A stretch of 63,987 bases of DNA, filler included, from Stramenopiles sp. TOSAG23-3 (taxonomy: Eukaryota): the NCBI GenBank assembly GCA_900128585.1. It is 3 parts of 3 records of this genome, joined end to end, with 100 filler letters (N's around TTAATTAATTAA, not from the genome) between each part and the next. Parts side by side here need not be neighbours in the genome. Positions count along the whole stretch, not along the records: positions 22,266 to 44,372 come from LT642343.1; 2 more parts are not named here. One strand, given 5' to 3'. A program made the translations under genes and the position numbers. A model generated the notes under the pieces. That model was not told the origin of the DNA and made no database searches. It saw only the letters and a program-made list of their open reading frames with translations. Shown piece after piece: positions 22,166 through 33,043 of this stretch; the first letter of the stretch is position 1, and each line of letters opens with the position of its first letter.

Positions 22166-22265
22166 NNNNNNNNNNNNNNNNNNNNNNNNNNNNNNNNNNN
22201 NNNNNNNNNTTAATTAATTAANNNNNNNNNNNNNNNNNNNNNNNNNNNNNNNNNNNNNNNNNNNN
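22166..22265. other. Artificial contig-joining spacer
   Basis: N44-TTAATTAATTAA-N44, stops in all six frames. Confidence 0.95.
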
Positions 22266-22474
22266 ATTTTTCATTTTTTATTATTATTATTTTATTTTTT
22301 ATATAGTAGTACTGATCTTTATAAATGCTACAATATTATAATACAGCGACACACCATTCTATTTTTATTAAAATATTTTGGTGTTTATAATAATAATAAT
22401 ACGAACAATTTATTATTATTATTATTATTTTAGGAAGATACAAAACAAGAAAGAAGCACTCCTTCATTCATTTT

Positions 22475-24061
22475 CTATGGCGCGACGCCTTCGTCCCCGG
22501 CACCGTCTTTCCCATTCCCTTCCTCAACTCTTGTGTTCCCTTCGTCCTCCTCTTCTTCCTCTTCGATGATCTCGTCCGCCAACGACCCGACGCTGCACTT
22601 GCTAGTCATTCTACTCCTGTACCTTAGCGACGACGGGCTTTGGCACGAAAGCTTCTCCAAGGCGTCCCGGTCCACCTCTTTGCTGGACCGCCCAGAGAAA
22701 AAGTCTCGGTCGTGCTTCAACACGTGTCTTCGAACCTTCAGCAACATTTTACTCGAAAAATTTCGCCCCATGAACATGGTCCCATACGCAGCTCGAAACA
22801 ATGCCTCCGCATCCGTGCACTCGATGGTCGCCTTGTCGACGGACTCGTAGATGGACCCGAACTGGGCGTCGGAGTTGACAATCTCTGGCTCCTTCAAGTG
22901 AAGCGCCGCGAGCCCGATCCGGTGCAAGACCTTCACGCCCTCGTGGAAGAAACAGTCCCAGACCCTCACCGCAATGGACACGGACAGGCTGTTCAGATAG
23001 AGGCAGAGGAACCATTTGATTGCGAACGGCTTAACGGGAACCCCTAGTGGGCTTATCCGCGAATACACCTTTGGCAAGTAAGTCTGTACAAGGAATTCAA
23101 ACGTCGCCGCCTCTGTCTTCACGCCACCCATGTCGGTCGCGTAAAAGCGTGGCATCATGTCTTCTATCATCGCCGAGAGCACCCAAAAGGCCGACTCCTC
23201 GTCCATGTGGAGGAGGAGGAGCGCAACGACGGTGCTCATTCCCTGGCAGTACCCAAGCTCCGGGTTCCGCAGTGCGTACGTGACCAGCACCCGCTGCAAG
23301 CAAGGCCTTAGGTCGTCGGGGTACTGCTCCCCGTTCTGCAGCAAGAGGACCGTGCGCCGCACGTCTTTGTCTATGTCGATCCAGGACTGGTTCGGGAAGA
23401 GGTCCTCGTTCTGTTGAATGATTCGGTTCAAACGTTCGTACGTTTGCCCGCAATCGAGCCCTTCCTCCCTCTTTTGGTCCGACCCCGCGCACAGCTGCCA
23501 TATCTTTCCGCGGTACTTTGGTGGTATTCCCTGTCTTATTAACTTGCTCAGTTGCTTTACTATTGGTTTTGGAAGCTGCCTTTTCGGGGTGTCCTTGGAG
23601 CTGCCCGCGGCGGCGCGGTTCCCGCCCCTCAAGAGCCGGTACAAGGACTGAAATCTCCCGGTCCTAGCGTCTATGTTGTCCGCGTACTTCTTTTGTGCCG
23701 CGTTGCTCGTCTTTACCTCGTACACGTACTTCCACTTCATCAGCGCGTAGCACAACGCATCCTTTGCTTCCTTGACGGTCCACCCTGCCACCGGTGCCGT
23801 GTCCTCCTCCTCCTGCCCCCCCGTGCTCTTCCGCTTCAGCACCGCCTCAATGTACGGGTAGGCCTTCAAAAACTTGTCCCACGCGTGCGACTGCTTCTCA
23901 AAATCCCCAGAAATATTCTCTACGTATGCAATTCGCTTCGGCTCATCGTAGTCCTGAGACGTGCTGGAAGAGTATAGCCTAAGCGCACTCTGACGCCGGC
24001 TCACAAAGGAAAAGCTTTTCGGACGACCGTACTTCCGCGGCGACGGCTGTCCCGACGCCAT
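22475..24061 (-). CDS. TBC-domain Rab GTPase-activating protein
   Basis: LIRQGIPPKYRGKIWQ, IDKDVRRT (Arg finger), GYCQGM (Gln finger), EESAFW, KWFLCLY, RVWDCFFHEG. Confidence 0.93.
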   Translation of the reverse strand: MASGQPSPRKYGRPKSFSFVSRRQSALRLYSSSTSQDYDEPKRIAYVENISGDFEKQSHAWDKFLKAYPYIEAVLKRKSTGGQEEEDTAPVAGWTVKEAKDALCYALMKWKYVYEVKTSNAAQKKYADNIDARTGRFQSLYRLLRGGNRAAAGSSKDTPKRQLPKPIVKQLSKLIRQGIPPKYRGKIWQLCAGSDQKREEGLDCGQTYERLNRIIQQNEDLFPNQSWIDIDKDVRRTVLLLQNGEQYPDDLRPCLQRVLVTYALRNPELGYCQGMSTVVALLLLHMDEESAFWVLSAMIEDMMPRFYATDMGGVKTEAATFEFLVQTYLPKVYSRISPLGVPVKPFAIKWFLCLYLNSLSVSIAVRVWDCFFHEGVKVLHRIGLAALHLKEPEIVNSDAQFGSIYESVDKATIECTDAEALFRAAYGTMFMGRNFSSKMLLKVRRHVLKHDRDFFSGRSSKEVDRDALEKLSCQSPSSLRYRSRMTSKCSVGSLADEIIEEEEEEDEGNTRVEEGNGKDGAGDEGVAP

Positions 24062-24826
24062 CGTACTCTCTCTATTCGCTATCGGTGTACTGTCCTCTCC
24101 TTCTCACACACACGCACACGCTAAATGAAACACACTTACACAAGTACAGACAAACGATGTTCTTTGTTTTAAACTTATGCGTCCAACCACTGTTTCCTTC
24201 CGTCTGATTCTCCTCTTTACTTTTTTCGTTTATTTCTGATATTACTATATATAAGCTATACGATATGGAACATAGAAGGGTGTTCTCTCGCCGCTCTGAG
24301 GTCCTGAGCAGCTGTTGTGATATGGTGAGGGTGGGGGGGTGGTGTGGCGCATTTTCTTTTTTTTTTCTTTTTTTTTTCTTAATTATTTTTTTAACCCTTG
24401 ATGTGTTGTTTATGTTATTTTGTTATTTTATTAAATACTTACTGAGAAGAAGAAAACGAATAAAAAATCATTTTTATTACTGTAATAATTTTTTAAATTT
24501 TTATTTTTTTATTTTTAATGAAAATTCCAAAAAATCCATTGAATACAATTATTAAGTACACAATGAATTCAATGTATATAGGAAACAAATCGATCAAAGG
24601 AAGAACGAAGGAAGCTGAGATCTATATATGCATAGTATACAGATAATCGATCGTTCGGTAGAAAACATTCATTGCAATAGATAATATGATGCATTAGAAT
24701 ATCATAGTTTAATTTAAGTACGTATTGGCTAATATGAATGTTAGTATTAGGGTAATACATCATTTTTATAAATATTTTTTCTGTTTTTTTTGTTTTCAAA
24801 ATAATAATTTTCTTTTTTTTTTTTTT

Positions 24827-24838
24827 CTTTCTTTCGAC

Positions 24839-24897
<59 letters not shown>

Positions 24898-24907
24898 GTC
24901 TTTTCTG

Positions 24908-24955
<48 letters not shown>
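24827..24955. repeat. (TTTC)n tract with TTCGACTC interruption
   Basis: Same composite unit occurs at 40394-40470 and 62782-62995. Confidence 0.85.
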
Positions 24956-24956
<1 letters not shown>

Positions 24957-25490
24957 GCTATTTTTTTATTTTTCCTATTTAACTATTTATTTAGAAGGTA
25001 TACAGCATAGTCTTTAAAGAAAAATCGTTTACTTTTTTCTTTCGCGTAGTAGTAGTAGCTAATACGAGCACCCTTGTTTTTTAAAATACAGGAACACAGC
25101 AACAAAGAAGAAGAAAAAGAATTCAATAAAATAATAAAAAATAATCATATAATATTCTCCTTCTCTCCTTCTTCTTCTTCCTTCTTCTTCATTCTTCTTC
25201 TCTTCGTTCGTGATAATATTTTGAGAACACGTTGCAATTCAAAGAAAATGTTTGATTGAGAAGAGAGTAGGAAGAGGTTTATTAATTTTTGAAATAGAAG
25301 ATGGGAAGTTTGATCCTTTCATTTACTGATGTTGAAATATATATTCATATACACAGATACTTTACTTGTGTGAATAAACAAAGTCATTTTCTTTGGATTT
25401 ATTTGTTTTGACGACCGCAGACAGGCTGTTCCCTTGTTCCTCGTTGTGGCCGTTTTGTTTTTCCTTCTTCAAGTGTCCGAAAAGAGAAAG

Positions 25491-27035
25491 ATGGAAACGA
25501 CGTCTTCCCCATCCTCCGTTGCAGAGCCCTTGCTCCTTGCTCGGCCGCGCAAAGCCATTATTGTACAGTCCCCGTCCGAAGATACCCGTGAGAGGGAGAC
25601 GGACGTTCGGGAAATTGCGTTTTACATTGCAGAGAAGGTATCGTCCGACCCCACGAAAGCGACCGTAAGCCAAAGCGATTTGAATACTTTCTTTGGGAGG
25701 TGCTCGAGGACGTACGAGGACGGTGTCAAGGAGGCCACCGCGCTTGTGGAACGTCTTGTGGAAGGGAAGGATACCGAGCGCCTCCCGTTCAACGTGTTCT
25801 ATTGTTATTTGCTGCGAAAGCTGAAGAAACTCCCCACAGACATGCACCGGAACACTTTGAAATCGTTGGCCACCGACATTCAACGCACACGGGACGCGGC
25901 GGGGGTCCTGGAGCCCGAGCCTTCGTCGCCCCAGGGCTCCCAGAAGGAAACATTGCCCACTCCGGCGTCTCGGGGTGGGGAAGCGGTGAAGAAGGCCAAG
26001 AGACATAGGAAAAGGGGCGAGGGCGGTAAAAATCGGAGGTCAAAGAAAGACAGGTCGGCGTCGAAACGGCGAACGCCCACGGACGAAAACCAGCCGAACG
26101 GAAACGATGCCGAAAAAGAGAACGTATCCCGGCAGCAAAGGTCAGACAAAATCGCCGAGTTCAAGTCCGAGTTGAAGAAAACAATAGATAACACGCAGGC
26201 CATGAGTTCCCCCCTAGGGAGGGGCACAGTGCTAGCACCAAAGCACACGAACAGCGATTCGGCGGGGGTAGACGAGCAGAAGTCCGACGAGGACAACATC
26301 CCAGCCTCCGTCTTTGCGGCAGCATCGGAACTGACCACCAAGGAAGCAGACGACGTCCCTCCCGCCCCTGTGCCGGCGGGCGAGGCAAACAAGTCCGTGG
26401 CCTCCTCGGAGAAGGGGCAACGCATGCTTAGATCTAGACATGTAAAAAAGATGAAATCGGTGAAGGCAAAGTTCGCGAAAGAGTACCACGGGAAATCGAT
26501 GGCGATGGAGAAGAAGTTCACGGACGAAATAAGTAAATTAAAGAAAGTCGTGGAAGACTCCGAAAAGTTCTGCGGAAAAATTGGGAGCACGCTCGCGCAC
26601 GAGCGGGACGAGGCCCAGCGCACGATCGCCGCGTTGAAGGTGAAACACGAACGGTCGGAAGCCCGGTGCCAGGAAATCCAGCAGAGTGCAAAGGCTTACA
26701 AAGACCAAGCCGAGGGGTTGCAGCGAAAGCTGGAGAAGTTGCAGAACGATAGGGACCCAGGAAAATGGAAACTGAAGTACGAGAAAAGCCAGCGGGACGT
26801 TGAGACGTTGCGAAAAGCCGTCAAGGCCAAGGACGAGCAAATGCAAGAGAACCTGCGGCACCACCAATCGATGATTAAGGCGACTTGCAGGGCTGCCAAA
26901 GTAAAATACGAGCATGATCTGCGGAAGGCCGTGTGCATGAAAACTGGAATCGCAAGCCCAGTGGTAGTCCAGCAGCGCAGCATGACGCCCAAGTTTATAC
27001 GGAAACACAGCAGTGATTTGAACAGCCGTCGGTAA
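25491..27035 (+). CDS. Uncharacterised protein with disordered basic middle and C-terminal coiled coil
   Basis: 514-codon ORF from ATG 25491, high GC3, NLS-like KKAKRHRKR, heptad C-terminus. Confidence 0.75.
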   Translation: METTSSPSSVAEPLLLARPRKAIIVQSPSEDTRERETDVREIAFYIAEKVSSDPTKATVSQSDLNTFFGRCSRTYEDGVKEATALVERLVEGKDTERLPFNVFYCYLLRKLKKLPTDMHRNTLKSLATDIQRTRDAAGVLEPEPSSPQGSQKETLPTPASRGGEAVKKAKRHRKRGEGGKNRRSKKDRSASKRRTPTDENQPNGNDAEKENVSRQQRSDKIAEFKSELKKTIDNTQAMSSPLGRGTVLAPKHTNSDSAGVDEQKSDEDNIPASVFAAASELTTKEADDVPPAPVPAGEANKSVASSEKGQRMLRSRHVKKMKSVKAKFAKEYHGKSMAMEKKFTDEISKLKKVVEDSEKFCGKIGSTLAHERDEAQRTIAALKVKHERSEARCQEIQQSAKAYKDQAEGLQRKLEKLQNDRDPGKWKLKYEKSQRDVETLRKAVKAKDEQMQENLRHHQSMIKATCRAAKVKYEHDLRKAVCMKTGIASPVVVQQRSMTPKFIRKHSSDLNSRR

Positions 27036-27093
27036 CGCCATGCATGGTCCGAATCGGTATTTTAATTTATATCTGAAAACAAAAAATTGGCTA

Positions 27094-27190
27094 CTCTACT
27101 GGTGTGATTTTAGTAATTAACCAAATATACCCTTGTCACTTAGTCTTGACTACATCATTTTCATATATGTACTCCATGCATTGATCCGAA
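27094..27190 (-). mobile_element. Short TIR element (MITE-like family B), diverged partial copy 2
   Basis: TGGTGTGATTTTAGTAAT...ATATACCCTTGTCACTTAGTCTTGACT...ATGTACTCCATGC...TCCGAAT is the reverse complement of 11347-11431. Confidence 0.7.
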
Positions 27191-27221
27191 TATTTTAATC
27201 ACATAAAGTTAATTTCGTACT

Positions 27222-27302
27222 TCGGACATGTTACGTAAGAGGGTGTCCTGGAAGCCCCGTTATACTTTCTGCAAGGCATCTACAAAATGTTCGGAGAGCT
27301 TC
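27222..27302. repeat. 81-bp inverted repeat, left arm (overlaps the CHORD gene 3' end)
   Basis: Reverse complement of 30617-30697 with one mismatch. Confidence 0.92.
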
Positions 27303-28141
27303 TCGCAAACAATCTGCCACACCTCTGCCCCCTTGCTTTCGTGTTCTGTCTTTATTATGTCCCGAGCACGGTCGAATTCTGCGCCGGGAACTCCCAGCGA
27401 AATCAACGCCTTTCTCAACACTAGCAGCTTTTCCAGGGGCGTCACTACCTTGCCTACAGGGTTGGACGCTGCAGGGGCGGCGGACGGCGCAGCCGGCTGG
27501 CCCCCGCCGTCAATACGTTTTGGTGCGCTCGGGTCGTTTGCCGCACGAACGTCCGATCCTCCGAGGAATTTCGGCCCCGCCTTTTCTGCCGAATGCCGGC
27601 CAACTTTACAGCCCCGTATCGCTTGAAAGGTTTCCCAGTCGTACCCTTTCTTGTGCGGGCAGCACGACCACCACTTGTTCGTTTCGTGGAATATGGGTGG
27701 GGCCACGTGGTAAACGCATGCTTGATCGTTGTTCTCCGCGGGGTCAAACTTCATCTGGCACCCGAAGTTTTTGCACGAGATCAGCTTGGACTCTTTTTCC
27801 TTCTTGGCCGCTTCCTTGGCGTCCTCTACGGCCTTCACCTCTGCGACGGTCTTCGAGGGCCCACTGGTCAAAAACACGTCCGCCCCGTCCTTCACGCAGT
27901 CTTGCACAACTGCGTCGGACAGCAGCTCGGTCCCATCCTTAAGGGTTAAGTGGTATGCGGCAGCGTCGAACGGCGTAACTGCTGCAGGCGTATCCCCGTC
28001 CGCCGTCGCGTGTTTCTTGTTGTAATTATCAACGATGCAGCCTTTCAAGTTGTCTGTCGGCCCCGTCCTCCATTTCTTCGGAAGCTTCACTTTAATGGTA
28101 AGGTTCGGCTCTGCCTCCGTGTAATGCAAATAAACTTTCAT
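27260..28141 (-). CDS. Single-CHORD zinc-binding protein with possible ubiquitin-like N-terminal domain
   Basis: CKNFGCQMKFDPAENNDQACVYHVAPPIFHETNKWWSCC...DWETFQAIRGCKVGRH matches the CHORD consensus. Confidence 0.85.
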   Translation of the reverse strand: MKVYLHYTEAEPNLTIKVKLPKKWRTGPTDNLKGCIVDNYNKKHATADGDTPAAVTPFDAAAYHLTLKDGTELLSDAVVQDCVKDGADVFLTSGPSKTVAEVKAVEDAKEAAKKEKESKLISCKNFGCQMKFDPAENNDQACVYHVAPPIFHETNKWWSCCPHKKGYDWETFQAIRGCKVGRHSAEKAGPKFLGGSDVRAANDPSAPKRIDGGGQPAAPSAAPAASNPVGKVVTPLEKLLVLRKALISLGVPGAEFDRARDIIKTEHESKGAEVWQIVCEKLSEHFVDALQKV

Positions 28142-28882
28142 GATTCAATTGTACAACCAATATATAATGTAGTAATTCAGTGCTCTTCTTCTGGATGCTA
28201 TTAAGTTAAGTGTCGTTCTTTATTGTTATTTTTTTTTTTTCAAATGCAATCAAAATGAATTTTTCTTATGCGTATCTTCTTAAGTCTGATTCTATACTTT
28301 TATATAATATTTTTTTTTGTATGATTTTATTATTATTTTTTGCTGCTGCATCATTATTATTATATTTATTTCAAATTTATTATTATTATTAAAAAAAATA
28401 ATTATTAAAAAAAAATAATATAAAATAATAATATTGAGAAGAAGAGATGATGATGTTATAATAATCACTCACTCTTAAATGTAATTCAGAAATAGGAAAT
28501 GTAGGATAAATTTATATATAAAATTAATGAGTAATTTGAAAACATTATTAAGTTTCCTTGAATTTCTTTATTAAGGATATTATACTATTTTTAAACTGTT
28601 ATAAACAATATATTCTTAAAAAGAAAATCCATCATCATAATAGTAAATAAATAATTTAAATACGACGAAGTTGTTGGTATTATAATACCTGTGTAGACGA
28701 CCACCTCTCCTCGTAGTCTACCATGTAGATGCTTCTAATTTAGTCGGAAGTATAATAATATTATGATACATAAAGTGAAAGGAAGGAAAGAAAGAAAGAA
28801 AGAAAACGGGAATCCATTTCTCCGTTCTTTTCATTCTTCATTGTCCACCATCTATTCCTGCTACTTAATATCCATACGATCA

Positions 28883-30607
28883 TCAACGAATGTCTGGGTA
28901 ACTAGGGAAGAGAAGGCTGGTCCCTAGGCGACTCCCGTCCTTGTTCTTTGGCCCAGGGAACACGTTCCAAAAGCGCAAGGTCTCGTCCCCTGCCCCGGTG
29001 ACGATGGTCTGGCCGTCGGGGCTCATGGCCAAGTAAAGGACGCGGTACGTGTGGCCCGTCAGGGTGGAGACTTTCGTCATCGAGGGATACCGCCACACGA
29101 TGATTTGGTTCAAACTGTAGCCATGGGTGCTGACGATCTCGTTGACGTTCTTGGACCACATGAGGTTGCAGACCTGGGAGCCCGTGTCAATGCAGTTCAA
29201 GGCGGTGCCGGTGAGGGTATTTCTGAAACGAATGCACCGGTCGGCGGTCCCGCCGCCACTGGCGAGCAGGCCGTGCTGGTGGGGGCTCCACGCGATCGCC
29301 TTGACGGCGGCGGTGTGGTCGTTGAACTTCATTACCGGCGAGGTGGCGCCCGAGGCGTCCCATATCAAAAGTTTGTTGTCGTTTCCGCCGCTCGCCAGCT
29401 GGGAGTCGTCGAACGACCAGCGGAGGCCGCAGACCTCCTGCTTGTGCCCTTGGAGCTTGTGGACGTGCGGGGTCGGGGCCCGGACGTCCCGGAGGAAGAT
29501 CAGGCGGTCCCGGCTCCCGGACGCGAGCAGGTGGGCGTTCCACGCCATCGTCCCGACGCGCGCGGTGTGCCCGTCCATGCTCCGGGTCTTTTTGCATTTA
29601 CTTACATCCCATATCTGTACATCCCCGTTGTTCGTCCCCACCGCCACGTGCGACCCCCTGTGGGTCCAGCTCACCGACGTGATCGCCCCCTCGTCCGCCC
29701 CGAGGTCGCAGAGCTTGGTGACTTTGCTCGTGCAGGCGCTCCACAAATATACACAGCTCCCGAGCCCGACAGCGAGCACGTTCTGGGACGACCAGTCCAC
29801 CAGGTTCAGGTAAAAATCGTCCTGCAGCGACGGGGCGTCCAAGACTTTGAACGGGACCTTGGCGATCTTTCGCTTCGCCTTCCTGGGGCTCGCGAGCAGC
29901 CGCGCGCTCACGCTTCCGACGGGGGACAGGGTCGGCTTGTCCAGGAGTTCCTGGAAGGCGTGCATTCGGGGCTTTTTGAACTTGAACAGGTTCCCCGTGT
30001 TCGGGGCCACGTGCCGGCTCCCCGCGCTGCTCGGCCGGCCCGCCGCGCCGTTCGCCTGCGCGCCCCCGCCGCCCCCGGTGGCGAACGCGTTCGGACTCCC
30101 GGCGCTCCCAACGCCTCCCATGGGGGAGTGGGGGACGCCGAGCAGCTCGGTCCGCAAGAGCATCGAGTACGTCGAGTGCCCCTCCCGCTGGCTGTCGTTC
30201 CCGCCCTGGTTGCTCGAGGCGTTGCTCTGCCCCCCTTGGCCCTGGTTCCCGTTGCTGTTCCCCTCCTGGGTCGGGCTGTTCTGCGTGTTCCCGGCCATCT
30301 GCGGGTCCTCGTCCATGAGGGGAAAGCCGAGGTCGACCTGGGAACCCGACCGGGACGGGATAAACCGGTCGCTGTAGACTTCGGCCGTTTTCATGTTGTT
30401 CTCCCCAAGGCGCTGCCGGACTCGCGCGTCGTACTGCGGGGTCGAGGGAGACCCTGGGGTCGAGGATCCGCCAGACGAACGCCTCCGTGCCGGAGAGAAC
30501 GCCCAACGTTCTTTCGACACCTGTGGGGACGATCGGTTCGGGTGCCTGGGCGACCTCAGCCTCGCTTCGTACGACGCGTTCAAACTCCGTCGGGCCGGGG
30601 ATGCCAT
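28883..30607 (-). CDS. FZR1: APC/C activator CDH1/Fizzy-related (WD40)
   Basis: C-box DRFIPSR, RKIAKVPFKVLDAPSLQDDFYLNLVDWS, WD40 repeats, C-terminal IR tail; ATG at 30607 (upstream in-frame ATG at 30691 lies inside the inverted repeat). Confidence 0.96.
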   Translation of the reverse strand: MASPARRSLNASYEARLRSPRHPNRSSPQVSKERWAFSPARRRSSGGSSTPGSPSTPQYDARVRQRLGENNMKTAEVYSDRFIPSRSGSQVDLGFPLMDEDPQMAGNTQNSPTQEGNSNGNQGQGGQSNASSNQGGNDSQREGHSTYSMLLRTELLGVPHSPMGGVGSAGSPNAFATGGGGGAQANGAAGRPSSAGSRHVAPNTGNLFKFKKPRMHAFQELLDKPTLSPVGSVSARLLASPRKAKRKIAKVPFKVLDAPSLQDDFYLNLVDWSSQNVLAVGLGSCVYLWSACTSKVTKLCDLGADEGAITSVSWTHRGSHVAVGTNNGDVQIWDVSKCKKTRSMDGHTARVGTMAWNAHLLASGSRDRLIFLRDVRAPTPHVHKLQGHKQEVCGLRWSFDDSQLASGGNDNKLLIWDASGATSPVMKFNDHTAAVKAIAWSPHQHGLLASGGGTADRCIRFRNTLTGTALNCIDTGSQVCNLMWSKNVNEIVSTHGYSLNQIIVWRYPSMTKVSTLTGHTYRVLYLAMSPDGQTIVTGAGDETLRFWNVFPGPKNKDGSRLGTSLLFPSYPDIR

Positions 30608-30616
30608 GGTGTGCGT

Positions 30617-30697
30617 GAAGCTCTCCGAACATTTTGTAGATGCCTTACAGAAAGTATAACGGGGCTTCCAGGACACCCTCTTACGTAACATGTCCGA
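30617..30697. repeat. 81-bp inverted repeat, right arm (upstream of FZR1)
   Basis: Plus-strand copy of the CHORD sense 3' end, KLSEHFVDALQKV* plus ~38 nt downstream. Confidence 0.92.
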
Positions 30698-31235
30698 TCG
30701 TCAAATAAACAGTTCGAGGTTAAATATATTTTGAATCCTGTAAACAGATTTGAACAATTCATCCGTTGAATAAAAATCGTTTGTAACTATATATACATTA
30801 ATAAAATTATTCTCACATTATTATTATTTTTTATTAAAAAAATCATCTTTTCTTCTCATCATCATATCATCATAATTATTATTATTATTCCTTCATCAAT
30901 TATTCCTTCTTCTAAAAAAAAGACATAGGAACAGTATGGAATACAAAAGAAAAAGAAAGAGAAAAAAATGAAGAAGCTAAAATATTGGAAAATATATCAT
31001 AATTAAGGATACATTTAAATAAATTACAATAGGTATAATATAATGAAGTGCAGCGTTGATTGATCTATAGACGACTAATATAGATAAATTATAATCCATT
31101 TCATGTATTATATAAATACGAATAATAATATAGAAATAAAATCCTTACTGATAGATTATGCAATAGACTTTGAAAGAAAATTATTGAATTCGGAGAAGAG
31201 GACAGTCTACTCGAAATAAGTGAAACAAAAAACGC

Positions 31236-31587
31236 AGAAAGAAGAGAGAAGAAGAAGAAGAAGAAGAAGAAGAAGAAGAAGAAGAAGAAGAAAGAAGAAG
31301 AAAGAAGAAAGAAGAAGAAGAAGAAGAAGAAGAAGAAAGAAGAAGAAGAAGAAGAAAGAAGAAAGAAGAAGAAGAAGAAGAAAGAAGAAGAAAGAAGAAA
31401 GAAGAAGAAGAGAGAAGAAGAAAGAAGAAAGAAGAGGAAAGAAGAAAGAAGAAGAAACAAAGAAACAAAGAAACAAAGAAACAAAGAAACAAAGAAACAA
31501 AGAAACAAAGAAACAAAGAAACAAAGAAAGAAACAAAGAAACAAAGAAACAAAGAAACAAAGAAACAAAGAAACAAAGAAAGAAGAA
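31236..31587. repeat. (GAA)n then (AAAGAAAC)n compound microsatellite
   Basis: Direct inspection; lies between divergent FZR1 and LRRC9. Confidence 0.93.
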
Positions 31588-31866
31588 GTCTCCTTCCTAA
31601 GAATTAATCATTTATTTGATTAATATTAAAAATACATACGGACAACAGGAGTTAAGTAATAAAGTAATAACAACAGATAGTTTTTCGTTTTTCCCCACCA
31701 AAAGGAACTCAACTCAACTCAACTCATTTAATTCACTTAATATAACTAACTACTATACAATATATGTATTTATAAAGTTCAAATATAATCCTATATATTG
31801 AATAACTTATAAAAATAACAACATAGGATCACAATAGAGGCAGACCAATTTTAACGAAAGGGACCA

Positions 31867-31867
<1 letters not shown>

Positions 31868-31903
<36 letters not shown>
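31868..31903. repeat. (CA)n microsatellite
   Basis: ~17 CA units. Confidence 0.9.
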
Positions 31904-31904
<1 letters not shown>

Positions 31905-33043
31905 CACCTACGGTACCCCAAATTGAAATTGTTTATAAAATGTACATTCTATCTATAGTCTAATATCGAACAGTCCTTGTATCATATTAATACATATAAT
32001 AACAGGAAGAAGAAGAAGAAGAATTAAAAATTAAAAAATCTATTTTTGTATTTTATTAAGTATTAATATAATGGACACTATAATGTCCATACAAGTATAA
32101 TAAATAAAATAATAAAATAAAATAACGACAAGAAAAAAATTTAATTAAAATCAAAATCAAAATCAAAATCAAAATCAAAATTAAAATTAAAATTCAGAAT
32201 CAGATTAAATTAAAAATTAAAATAGGTTTTAGGTAGGTTAGGTCGTATATATATAATAAATAAGTATACAGTATGAAGTAAAATATAAATATTAAATAAT
32301 AGTACTATTGATTTATTTTACCTATATAGATATAATTATCTATGTATTTATATATTAATAATAAGAAATAACATACTATATAAATTATAAATTATAAATT
32401 AAAATTATTGATTTCTTCTTTTCATCTATCAAATTTTGTGTACACTATAGAAGAACTACAAAAAGTAAAAAAATAGATATTCTAACTTGATTTAAATTAG
32501 TAAGGACTTTATAAGAAATTTAGAATTGAAATATTCGTGTTATTATATTATTGTAAGTATTTAATATTATAATATTATTGTGTTTTATTTATATGCCTTA
32601 ACTTGGTGTATTTTTTTATTTATCATCTAAAATTATTTTTATTATAATTATTATTGTTAATAATTAATTATTAATAATTTTTTTATTGAAATTCACTTTT
32701 TACTCTCTACTTTTTACATTCGATGAATGCAACAATGGATTGATTGTAAAAGAAACACGATGGAACTCTATCGCTCCTTTGTTTCATTTTTGAACATTAG
32801 TCCGTTTCCATTCCTTTTTAAAGGTGCGTTAGTTTTTTCCGGATCGCATCACCCAGTTTTGTCCTTACGCTCGTTCGTTCGTTCGGTCGGTCTAGGTTTA
32901 AGTTTAGGCAGGTGAGCTAATACTACTTGGGGAAGGAAGTAGGTTCGGTTCGTCTCTGCCGTATTTATCGTTTTTAGTAGTAGGAGTAGTAACAATAGTA
33001 ACAGCAGTGTCAATAGTGCTCTCTTCGTTTGCAATTTTCAGGG

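Noticed and set aside
22166..22265. TTAATTAATTAA palindrome inside N runs, also at 44417-44428
   Set aside because: Identical 100-bp six-frame-stop linker; an assembly concatenation artefact, not biology
29051..30688. 545-aa antisense ORF over FZR1, and similar shadow ORFs over TBC, LRRC9, CEPT and SERINC
   Set aside because: Expected stop-codon depletion opposite high-GC3 genes; no recognisable motifs
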